A stretch of 64,000 bases of DNA, taken from a virus. Lineage: Duplodnaviria; Heunggongvirae; Uroviricota; Caudoviricetes. Below are positions 9,551-18,503 of the stretch, in pieces (position 1 is the stretch's first letter; every line of letters begins with the position of its first letter). The translations under genes and the position numbers were made by a program. The notes beneath the pieces are model-generated. The model saw only the letters and a program-made list of their open reading frames with translations, was not told the origin of the DNA and ran no database searches. Location of the stretch: positions 64,001-128,000 of the IMG/VR virus record IMGVR_UViG_3300044991_001838, one strand, 5' to 3'.

Positions 9551-10351
9551 TTAATTATTTTTTATAAATGATTTAACCTCGTCTTCAACTCTTTTTCTAA
9601 AATCATGGTAATTCATGGATTTTTCATAATTTATATTAACATATTCTAACATATTTTGATATGTTTCAGGAGTAATTGTATTACACACATCTACCATTTC
9701 GTCTAATGTTTTTACATGGAACATACCTCGTAAATCAAAATAATCACCAATATTATCACACCCAATATAAATAGGAATTGTTTTTGTTTGAAAACAATCA
9801 ATTATTTTTTCTGTAAACCAATTATCTGATGTCACATTTTCAATAACAATATGAAATTGGGAATAAAATAATTCGTTTTTCCAAAGATTACTTTTCATTT
9901 GTTTTAATTCAGGTGATTGAGTAAATGACGTGTTAACACTATTATACAAATGAATTGGTATAGATGTTATTAATTTACTTTTTTCGGGTACAGAATGTCT
10001 TAATCTATGACCAGTACATTGAGATTTACCACCAACTAATGTTGTAATACAATATTCTTTTTGTTCAGGAAATTCAAAGTCTTTAATCCAAGTTGTTCCA
10101 TATGGAAACAGTTTGGCGTTTGGACACAATGATAAAATTTCTTTATCCCATGTTAAAATTAAATCAAACTTACTATGATTAGTTATTGCGTTTTGTCTAA
10201 ATCCTGAAACTTCATTTGGTTCCATAACCCATAAAACTCTGATAGATTCTTTAGGTGTGTGAGGAACTATATCGGCATAAAGTTCACAAAATTTGTCTGT
10301 TTGGAATGATACATCTAATCCGAAACTAGATATTACTGATAAATTATGCAT
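9551..10351 (-). CDS. GT10-like (alpha-1,3/4-fucosyltransferase-like) glycosyltransferase
   Basis: FHIVIEN...FTEKIIDCF..KTIPIYIG motif. Confidence 0.7.
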   Translation of the reverse strand: MHNLSVISSFGLDVSFQTDKFCELYADIVPHTPKESIRVLWVMEPNEVSGFRQNAITNHSKFDLILTWDKEILSLCPNAKLFPYGTTWIKDFEFPEQKEYCITTLVGGKSQCTGHRLRHSVPEKSKLITSIPIHLYNSVNTSFTQSPELKQMKSNLWKNELFYSQFHIVIENVTSDNWFTEKIIDCFQTKTIPIYIGCDNIGDYFDLRGMFHVKTLDEMVDVCNTITPETYQNMLEYVNINYEKSMNYHDFRKRVEDEVKSFIKNN

Positions 10352-10352
10352 A

Positions 10353-11450
10353 TTATTTATTTATTAATGTTTTTACGGTATCCAAAGCACTTTTAATTAC
10401 TTGGTGCATATCGTAATATTTATACTGTCCTAATCTACCACCAAAAATGTGTTTTGATTGTAACTCTGACAATTCTTTATATTTTGAATATTTTAAATTG
10501 TTTTCAGAATCATTTACCGGGTAATATGGTTCAGTTTTATCCGCTTGATATTCAATTGGATATTCATAAGTTAACCAAGTTACCGGTGATTCGGTTTTTT
10601 CAAAATGTTTATGTTCAATTATTCTGGTATATGGTATGGCCTCATCAGTATAATTTACCATTACAACTCCTTGAAAATTTTGAACATCTTTTTTTACATG
10701 TTTAAACTTTGTTGTTTTATATTCAAGTTCTCCAAATTGATAATTATAAAATTTATCAATAGGACCTGTATAAATTATATTTTTACCAATACTATCCCAA
10801 TATTCTTTATCATTAAAATAATCAGTATTTAACTTAACTTCAACACCATCTAATAATTTTTCAAAAATTTGAGTATAACCACCAATTGGTATTCCTTGGT
10901 ATGTATCATTAAAGTAATTATTGTCGTATGTAAACCTAATTGGTAATCTTTTAATAATCTCTTTTGGTAATTCTTTTGGGTCTTTTCTCCATTGTTTTGC
11001 GGTGTAACCTTTAATCAATTTTTCATACACATCTTTACCAACTAATTTTATTGCCTGTTCTTCTAAATTTTTAGGCTCATCAATATCTATTGATTGGGAC
11101 TTAATAATTTCTTGAGCTTCTTCAGGTGTTGTTACATTCCATAATTTATTGAATGTCCACATACTAAAAGGTAATGAATATATTTCGCCTTTATAATTTG
11201 CTACAGGAGTTAAAATAAAATTATTAAATTTAACATATTGGTTAATCCAATTCCATATCTCCTCATCTGAAGTGTGAAATATGTGAGGACCGTATGTGTG
11301 TATGTTTATATTGTCTTTTTTTTCTGTATGACAATTACCACCAATATGGTTACGATTTTCAATTACCAAACATTTATATCCGTTATCAGTTAGTTCTCTT
11401 GCGCAAATAGAACCAAAAAACCCACTACCAACTATTACATAATCATACAT
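10353..11450 (-). CDS. glf: UDP-galactopyranose mutase
   Basis: VGSGFFG, HIGGNC, HTYGPHIFHT, YQGIP, RIIEHKHF, EPYYP, GRLGQYKYYDMHQ. Confidence 0.95.
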   Translation of the reverse strand: MYDYVIVGSGFFGSICARELTDNGYKCLVIENRNHIGGNCHTEKKDNINIHTYGPHIFHTSDEEIWNWINQYVKFNNFILTPVANYKGEIYSLPFSMWTFNKLWNVTTPEEAQEIIKSQSIDIDEPKNLEEQAIKLVGKDVYEKLIKGYTAKQWRKDPKELPKEIIKRLPIRFTYDNNYFNDTYQGIPIGGYTQIFEKLLDGVEVKLNTDYFNDKEYWDSIGKNIIYTGPIDKFYNYQFGELEYKTTKFKHVKKDVQNFQGVVMVNYTDEAIPYTRIIEHKHFEKTESPVTWLTYEYPIEYQADKTEPYYPVNDSENNLKYSKYKELSELQSKHIFGGRLGQYKYYDMHQVIKSALDTVKTLINK

Positions 11451-12114
11451 TTAATACTAAGTCAATTTTAATATTTGATTTATTTTCTTCGTTCCAAAAA
11501 AGACTAATTAAATGATTTCTTCCATCAATGATTTCTTTCCAATTAGGTAGTTCAGATATGTAATCTTTTTTCTTTTTAATTTCAACAATTGTCAGACCAT
11601 AAGACTCAGGATAGTTACTCATTTTAATAAACTCATCTTCATAGTTTAATGAATCAACATTAAAAAATAATTTAACCCCTTCTTCAACTCTACCCCAAGT
11701 AATATCTCCATACTTATCATGTTGCCCTATCGGCCAATTTGTGTCATGGAATGCAATAAACCCGCCCTCTTCAAGATGAGGATACCAAAAATATAATTCA
11801 GATAAAACTTGGTCTTTGATGTGAAAAGTGTCAACAAATAATCCACTTATTTTTTTATCCCAATATTTTCCAACGGTAGACGAATCGCCTAAAATTGTAG
11901 TATAATTAGGATGAGAACTAATTTCAGAGTTTAACATACTCCAATCAACATCAACACCAAATACTTTATTATTATTTTTAACAGAATCTGATAACATTAT
12001 TTTAGACGAAAGACCTTCTCTAACACCTAAGTCAACAAATATTGATTCAGTATATTTTGATGTAATATCGTATAAAACATTTTTATTTACTCCTAAGTCG
12101 TCATTTAAAATCAT
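11443..12114 (-). CDS. Class I SAM-dependent methyltransferase (Methyltransf_24-like)
   Basis: VDLGVREGLS, GDS, LFVDTFH, GGFIAFHD. Confidence 0.75.
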   Translation of the reverse strand: MILNDDLGVNKNVLYDITSKYTESIFVDLGVREGLSSKIMLSDSVKNNNKVFGVDVDWSMLNSEISSHPNYTTILGDSSTVGKYWDKKISGLFVDTFHIKDQVLSELYFWYPHLEEGGFIAFHDTNWPIGQHDKYGDITWGRVEEGVKLFFNVDSLNYEDEFIKMSNYPESYGLTIVEIKKKKDYISELPNWKEIIDGRNHLISLFWNEENKSNIKIDLVLNV

Positions 12115-12995
12115 TATAAAAAATATTGTTTAGTTAAATTATGTAATTGTTCTTTTTGGTTTTTAATTGAAGACCTGTATAAAGAATACTCGTCAATAAC
12201 GGATTCAAAGTTTTCAAAACAATTACGAATTGTATTTCCAATTTCTTCAACATTAGATGTTTTAAATTGTTTACTAACAGGAATATCATTATAAAAACCA
12301 GCAGACCCTGTAGAATTAGTTATTACACAATTTCCAAGTATTGCAGATTCTCTCGGGATTCTATCTCTACCAGGATGATGACCAAAATCAATATAAATTT
12401 TACTTGTTTTTAATAATTCAATTATTTGATTTTCATCCATACCCACAATAGGTACAAGTTCAATATCAGGATTTAATGATTTAATTTGATTGGTAACTCC
12501 AAGACCCTTAACAGGGTTATAACAAACAATATTTTTCTTTTGGTTTATATCGTAAGTTGATTCAATATATTTTGATGGGATATAGTCAAATAATGGAAGA
12601 TATTTTTCCACACCATTTTTTTGTAAAAAATCCAAGGCATAAAAAGATTGGTAAAAATGAGTAATATTTGAATTTGAAAAATCTTGAAATTTACCATGGT
12701 TATTGTCAACACTTAACCACCATATGGCTTTTTTCATATTTTTATAGGTGTCTAATTTTTCGGTCCAAACTTCAGGATAGATAACCCAATTATCAGAAAT
12801 GTCTTCAACATCTTTTGAATGTTGAATATTATAATGTTTATATTTTGCAGGGATTGGGTCAGCATATGGGATATCCCATAATACAATTGATTCCCCACCA
12901 ACATTGTTAATTGCATCCGCTAATTGAAATAGGGATTCAACACCACCCGCAGCTACTCCGGCTGGAATGTTAATGTACACTTTACTTGTTTTCAT
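12114..12995 (-). CDS. Putative GT-B glycosyltransferase
   Basis: GGVESLFQL, VIYPE, YNPVKG, IYIDFGHHPGRDRIPRES. Confidence 0.55.
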   Translation of the reverse strand: MKTSKVYINIPAGVAAGGVESLFQLADAINNVGGESIVLWDIPYADPIPAKYKHYNIQHSKDVEDISDNWVIYPEVWTEKLDTYKNMKKAIWWLSVDNNHGKFQDFSNSNITHFYQSFYALDFLQKNGVEKYLPLFDYIPSKYIESTYDINQKKNIVCYNPVKGLGVTNQIKSLNPDIELVPIVGMDENQIIELLKTSKIYIDFGHHPGRDRIPRESAILGNCVITNSTGSAGFYNDIPVSKQFKTSNVEEIGNTIRNCFENFESVIDEYSLYRSSIKNQKEQLHNLTKQYFL

Positions 12996-13681
12996 ATGTT
13001 ATGTTTGTTTCTTACGTGATTTATTTCCAAATGCATATCTTTTTTGTATAAACTACTAATTTGATGTTGATGCATTCTATTTGTGATTAAACAATTAGTA
13101 ATAATTTTAGGAAAACCATATCTGATGTAAAGTTGATAATACATTTCACAATCCATTAACATAGTTAATTCTTCGTCAAATAAACAAGGGGTTTCATTTT
13201 TGAAAGATAAAACCGACGGGGAACTAATTGTATTAACACCTATTGCAATTTTATCATTCCATGAAGGGCTCATAAAATTATAAAAAGTATTTCCATCATC
13301 ATTCGTATGATTACACCCATTAACTAACCATTTACATTCATCTTTTTTAAATTCCTCACTAATTAATTCTAATGATGTATCATCATAAAAAAAATCGTCT
13401 TGGAACATTATTTTAATAATTTCACCATCGGCGTGAATAATTGAGTTATTGGTATTCGCCGGTCCATTACCTAATAATTTATCATTTTTAAAATATTTAA
13501 TTTCAAATTTATCGGAATATGACTCACAAAGATTTTTAATCTCATTATTTTTACTATGGTCGGAAATAATAACATTAAAATTCTTATATGTTTGATTTAA
13601 AAATTTGTCAAAATTATTTTTTAAAAATCCAGTCCCATAACCATATTGTTCCCAAGTAGGAATGCAGATTGAAATTTTCAC
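12992..13681 (-). CDS. Glycosyltransferase family 2
   Basis: ISICIPT, IISDHS, GPANTN, IKIMFQDD. Confidence 0.85.
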   Translation of the reverse strand: MKISICIPTWEQYGYGTGFLKNNFDKFLNQTYKNFNVIISDHSKNNEIKNLCESYSDKFEIKYFKNDKLLGNGPANTNNSIIHADGEIIKIMFQDDFFYDDTSLELISEEFKKDECKWLVNGCNHTNDDGNTFYNFMSPSWNDKIAIGVNTISSPSVLSFKNETPCLFDEELTMLMDCEMYYQLYIRYGFPKIITNCLITNRMHQHQISSLYKKDMHLEINHVRNKHNI

Positions 13682-14394
13682 TATTGTAATTTATTATATG
13701 ATGGTTTATTTCTAATGATATTTGCTGTTGATGACACTTTTGGTAAATCAACTTTATGCTCGTTTAGAGGATTTAAATCATTATAGATATAATTAATTGA
13801 CGATACAAATTTAAAATGTTCCTCACCCGCCATTTCAACCATAGGGAACATAAACGCCAAATCACAAGCAATATCCCATCTATTACCATCATCGTCTCTT
13901 AAATCTTCTTCTTTGATTTTTTTCCATAACCAAGATTTCCAAGTTCTTAAATGCGATAGAGTAAATGCTTGCTTTCTTATGTTTGTAAAATTTGTGGGTG
14001 GATTTGCAAATCCTGGTCTACCATCATGGTATTTAAATGAACCACTTGTAATCCATACATTAGGGTCTTGATATACTTCATTAACTAAAGTAAGAACATT
14101 TGAATTTGGTAACCAATCATCACCATCTACCTCAACACAAATTTCATTATCAGGTATTTCTCTAAGTCTTATTACTTGGTCATAGTTACCTGCTTGATAC
14201 ATTTTTGATTGATTCTCAATTAAAATAAAACGAGAATCACCATTAATTGTATTTTTTATTATATCAACAGTATTATCAGTTGACATATCATCAGTGATAT
14301 AACATGTAAAATCTTTAAAATTTTGACTCATTATAGACAATAAAGATTTTTCTACATATTTTTCACAATTATAAGTTGTTGTTAAAATTATCAT
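13681..14394 (-). CDS. Glycosyltransferase family 2
   Basis: TTTYNCEKYV..SL.SI..Q, DDMSTDNT, VDGDDWL. Confidence 0.88.
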   Translation of the reverse strand: MIILTTTYNCEKYVEKSLLSIMSQNFKDFTCYITDDMSTDNTVDIIKNTINGDSRFILIENQSKMYQAGNYDQVIRLREIPDNEICVEVDGDDWLPNSNVLTLVNEVYQDPNVWITSGSFKYHDGRPGFANPPTNFTNIRKQAFTLSHLRTWKSWLWKKIKEEDLRDDDGNRWDIACDLAFMFPMVEMAGEEHFKFVSSINYIYNDLNPLNEHKVDLPKVSSTANIIRNKPSYNKLQ

Positions 14395-15551
14395 TGTATA
14401 TCAATTTTTAATCCCTCAGGACTTGTCCCCCTTGGGAAAAATTTTAAACGACCATTGTAGGATTCGCTTAAAGTGTTTAAGTTTTTTATAATCTCGGGTC
14501 TCTCAATTAAATTAACCATATACCCCTCATCTAATAAATCTATACATAGTTTATATTGTTGAGATTCCTCTAAACTATCAGAACCTTTTTTATAAGTAAT
14601 ATAATTCATAACAAAAGGAACCTCTTTATTTGGGTTTAAGGAAATGTAATGATTCTTTAAAAACAAAAAATGTTCTTCATTAAATTTGTTTATTGCGATG
14701 GGTAATGTTAATTCCATATCTAAATTTTCTCCAAATTTAACTAATGCTCGATTACCTTTTGGTAAGTAAGGTCCACCAAATCCAAACCCATATTTCATAT
14801 TTTTTTTACCAATCCTTGAATCTCCTCCAATTGCATTTAAAACAAGGTCAATTTCTTCATTTAATCCAGATTTCATTAAAACATTTCCTATCATATTCGC
14901 ATAACTAATCTTTGATGCGACCATACAATTAATACTAATTTTAGTAATTTCAGCGGCTTTATAACTCATAATATGGGCGTTTAGCTGGCCTGTTTGGATT
15001 CTTCCATAAATTTTTATTAACTCATTTGATAATTCTTGATATTCAGTACCTATTAAAAGAATATCTAAATTTTCAAGACCACTGACGGTACTATTTTGAG
15101 AAATAATTTCAGGACAATACGCAACTTGAATATCAAACATTCTAAGTTTATTCTGTATTTGTTCAACATCACCAGGATTAGTTGTACTTCCCACAACAAA
15201 TTTTTTATTATAAATTGGTATCTCTAATTGAGATGCGGTAAAAAACTCGTTAGTAATTTCAAAAAGGGTTGTTGTGTCATAATCACCATCTAAAGTTGGT
15301 GGGGTTGGCACAAACGTAAAAATTATATCAGATTTTTCAATGACTTCCACATTTGAAGTTGTTGCACTAAAATCATAAACCTCAAATAACATTTTCTGAA
15401 TTAAAGGCTCATTTGTTTTACAAATACCTTGATTTAAATTATAAACATAATCCTCATTAGTGTCGGATACCAAAACATTGTATCCCGCCTTTTCACATAA
15501 TAATGCGAAAGATAATCCTAAATTTCCTACCCCGATAACGCCTATAGTCAT
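14391..15551 (-). CDS. UDP-glucose/GDP-mannose dehydrogenase family protein, catalytic Cys absent
   Basis: GVIGVGNLG, FVPTP, AEITKISIN, KISYAN; GFGGPYLPKG where GGxCxxxD is expected. Confidence 0.8.
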   Translation of the reverse strand: MTIGVIGVGNLGLSFALLCEKAGYNVLVSDTNEDYVYNLNQGICKTNEPLIQKMLFEVYDFSATTSNVEVIEKSDIIFTFVPTPPTLDGDYDTTTLFEITNEFFTASQLEIPIYNKKFVVGSTTNPGDVEQIQNKLRMFDIQVAYCPEIISQNSTVSGLENLDILLIGTEYQELSNELIKIYGRIQTGQLNAHIMSYKAAEITKISINCMVASKISYANMIGNVLMKSGLNEEIDLVLNAIGGDSRIGKKNMKYGFGFGGPYLPKGNRALVKFGENLDMELTLPIAINKFNEEHFLFLKNHYISLNPNKEVPFVMNYITYKKGSDSLEESQQYKLCIDLLDEGYMVNLIERPEIIKNLNTLSESYNGRLKFFPRGTSPEGLKIDIQ

Positions 15552-15552
15552 A

Positions 15553-17181
15553 TTATAAATTTTTAAGGTATTCTTCTTTTATTTGTTTTGCGACATTAGA
15601 CGCGTAATATTTTTCCATATCTGTAGGAGGGTTAAATTTTTCTTTTGATAAAATAAAACCACCCGAATCTACTTTATAAATCCAACTCGGTTTTCCACAC
15701 ATCCAACCTTCAATAGTTGTTCTACCTAATTGAATACCTGCGGTTTCCTCACATTTGTAAATAAAATTTTCAACAGACCAAGTAGTTGGGAAATGTTTCA
15801 CATGTTTTTCAAATAATACTTGTTGTAAATAATTTCCTTTATCCTCACCGACTAACCAAAGTTCTTTACCTTCTTCTTTAGTTCTTTCCATTAAATCCAA
15901 AATTGTTTCTTTTCGTAAGTAATCAATTGTCCCAACAAATAAAACCGCGTTTTCAGTTTTAATTAAAGGATTTGGTTTAAACTTATCACTATCAATTGGA
16001 TTATAAATTATGTCAACTTGTTCTTCAGGTATTTCAAATTTATTTACAATGTAATCCTTAATCTCAGGTCTGATTGCAATATATTTTTTAATTGTATCAT
16101 CTTTTATTGGATTTTCTAATTCAATAACTTCAGAATGTATTGAGTATATTTTATTTAATTCAGGATAAAATTGTAACATTCTTTCCGCAACAGGTTTGTG
16201 TTGCATATGTATGATGTCATAATTAACTTCAGATATTCGGTACATTGAATTTTCTTTTGAAACTTCATAACCATTAGGTCCATTAACCCCCCATTTACCA
16301 TCACCCATCTTAAATCCGGGGGCTTCTTCAAATGATAAACATTTAATACCAAGTTTCTTTGCCATATCAGTTAATGGGCCACCTATTTGGGATAAAACTG
16401 TTACACTACAATTAAGTTTTTTTAATTCTTTTGCCAATTCAAAAACATATAATTCAGAACCTGTTAAAGTTTTAAAATTTAAACAAGATAATAAAACTCT
16501 AACCTTATCATTTAAATTATATGGAATTTTACAAGGTAAATTTTCTTTATATTTTTCTGCAAATAATAATTTGTTATCTTCCCATTGTTGGTTAGTCTGA
16601 CCAATTGATTTATGAGTCATTCTTATATTAGTTATTACACCAACTTTAACACCATCAATATGATTTTGAAAACAAAACGGGATATCGTAAAAATGGAATC
16701 CTTTAAAGTCCTCAACAAAATTATGTTTAATTCTTTTTTTACTAATGGCAATAAAAAGACCATCAACAATTACGGTCTCTTTAATTTTATTATTTAAATC
16801 ATCAGAATATTTTGATACCCATTTTTTTCCATCACTTTCGTGATTAACAATACCAATCATTTTTTTTCTGTTTTCCCACCACATACCGCTAGAAGGCATT
16901 TCGGTAGTTCCTGCCATTCCTATAATTCCAAAATCACTTTTTTCAAAATGTTTAAGTAATTTGTGATACCAAGAACTGGTGTCAAAATAAATGTCGTCAT
17001 GACAAAGAACAACTATGTCAGTCTTTGCTTCAGATAATATTTCGTTATACACTTGAGAAAGAGATTTCTCACCATTATTAACTTTTTCAATAACCTCAAG
17101 TTTTTTAAATCCTGAACTTTTTTTCAAGTATTCAATAAACTCTGGGTTAGATTCTCTTGTTGAATATCCTACTGTAATCAT
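15553..17181 (-). CDS. Bifunctional glycosyltransferase (GT-A N-terminal + GT-B C-terminal)
   Basis: VVLCHDD and GFHFYD in N-half; TGSELYVFELA and GRTTIEGWMCGKP in C-half. Confidence 0.7.
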   Translation of the reverse strand: MITVGYSTRESNPEFIEYLKKSSGFKKLEVIEKVNNGEKSLSQVYNEILSEAKTDIVVLCHDDIYFDTSSWYHKLLKHFEKSDFGIIGMAGTTEMPSSGMWWENRKKMIGIVNHESDGKKWVSKYSDDLNNKIKETVIVDGLFIAISKKRIKHNFVEDFKGFHFYDIPFCFQNHIDGVKVGVITNIRMTHKSIGQTNQQWEDNKLLFAEKYKENLPCKIPYNLNDKVRVLLSCLNFKTLTGSELYVFELAKELKKLNCSVTVLSQIGGPLTDMAKKLGIKCLSFEEAPGFKMGDGKWGVNGPNGYEVSKENSMYRISEVNYDIIHMQHKPVAERMLQFYPELNKIYSIHSEVIELENPIKDDTIKKYIAIRPEIKDYIVNKFEIPEEQVDIIYNPIDSDKFKPNPLIKTENAVLFVGTIDYLRKETILDLMERTKEEGKELWLVGEDKGNYLQQVLFEKHVKHFPTTWSVENFIYKCEETAGIQLGRTTIEGWMCGKPSWIYKVDSGGFILSKEKFNPPTDMEKYYASNVAKQIKEEYLKNL

Positions 17182-17184
17182 AAA

Positions 17185-17802
17185 CTATATTAATCCTGTA
17201 CTTCCAAAACCATTATCACCTCTATCTTTGTCTTCGATTTTATCTAATCGATTTAATCTAACATATTTTCCTGTGAATACAGGACATAAAACGGCTTGAG
17301 CAATTTTCATACCTTTATTAATACTAATCGCTTCTCCACCTGCGTTCAAGACAATAACTTTAATTTCACCATTATATCCTGAATCAACAGTACCAGGGGT
17401 GTTTAATACTGTTAGGCCATGATTAATTGCCAACCCACTTTTAGGTCTTACTTGAACTTCACAATCGTCAGGGATTGATAATTTAATACCTGTCGGAATA
17501 AGAGCCCTACCTGATGGTGGAATAATACAATCAACAACTGAATGTAAATCAAATCCTGAATCAGATTTATATGCGTATGATGGAAACTTGGCGTCAGGGT
17601 GAATTAACTCAACACCTAAAACTTTACTTTTAATTGCGGTTTCAGTATCACGATTCATTTCTTCTATAGACATACCAAAAATTTCTTCTAACTCTTTTTG
17701 ATAAGTTTCCTCAGGTTCAACACCCGCTTCCGATATTATGTTTTTAAATTGTTCTTGTATTTGAGCCCACCCTTCTGGACTTATACCTAAATTTTCAGTC
17801 AT
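17185..17802 (-). CDS. dut: dUTPase (trimeric) with acidic N-terminal extension
   Basis: SGFDL, RPKSGLA, PGTVDSGYNGEI, KIAQ, RGDNGFGSTG. Confidence 0.93.
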   Translation of the reverse strand: MTENLGISPEGWAQIQEQFKNIISEAGVEPEETYQKELEEIFGMSIEEMNRDTETAIKSKVLGVELIHPDAKFPSYAYKSDSGFDLHSVVDCIIPPSGRALIPTGIKLSIPDDCEVQVRPKSGLAINHGLTVLNTPGTVDSGYNGEIKVIVLNAGGEAISINKGMKIAQAVLCPVFTGKYVRLNRLDKIEDKDRGDNGFGSTGLI

Positions 17803-18503
17803 TACTTTAATTTTAATAATTTATTAATTACGTCGATTAATACCGACACATCTTTTTCACAATATTTTACAATACCTTCAATATCTTTTTTAACCCAAAA
17901 AGCGTCATGAACTTTATTACCTGTGATTTCCATTGTTTTAGAAGATTCAACCCCTAAACAAACACACATAAGTTCTAACGATGCAATAGACCCATAACCA
18001 CCATATTGCCAAAGTTCTTTAGTGTCAAGAGCTTTGATTTCCCATGGCTTGGTATCGTGACCTGGTAATATTTTAGGAGGAAGAACTCCATTCATAATCA
18101 TTCTTTTTGCCAACATTGGTATGTCAAAACCTTTAACATTATGACCACATAAAAAGAAACCTAATTCACCAACTCTATGTAAGAGTTTTTGAACATCTTC
18201 TAATAGTTTTTTTTCATCAGGGTCACTGAATGATTGCATCTTAGTTTCACCTTTTTCAGTAACAAAGGCAACACTAACACAAGCAATTCTTGCAAACTCA
18301 GGAACTAATGCAGCTCTGTTTACAAACATTTCACCCACAGGTTTGTCAGCGTCTTCAGGGAATCTTTTTTGAAACCAATCGTGGTAATTTCTAAATTGGA
18401 ATGCCAATTCAGGTCTATTAGATTCAAGTGACTCCCAATCAGGTTGGACACCGACAGTTTCGATATCCAAGAATAAAATTTTAGTTAAAGGTATGTTTAT
18501 CAT
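17802..18503 (-). CDS. Stand-alone DEDD 3'-5' exonuclease (PolB-exo-like)
   Basis: FLDIET, GHNVKGFDIP, YCEKDV. Confidence 0.85.
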   Translation of the reverse strand: MINIPLTKILFLDIETVGVQPDWESLESNRPELAFQFRNYHDWFQKRFPEDADKPVGEMFVNRAALVPEFARIACVSVAFVTEKGETKMQSFSDPDEKKLLEDVQKLLHRVGELGFFLCGHNVKGFDIPMLAKRMIMNGVLPPKILPGHDTKPWEIKALDTKELWQYGGYGSIASLELMCVCLGVESSKTMEITGNKVHDAFWVKKDIEGIVKYCEKDVSVLIDVINKLLKLK

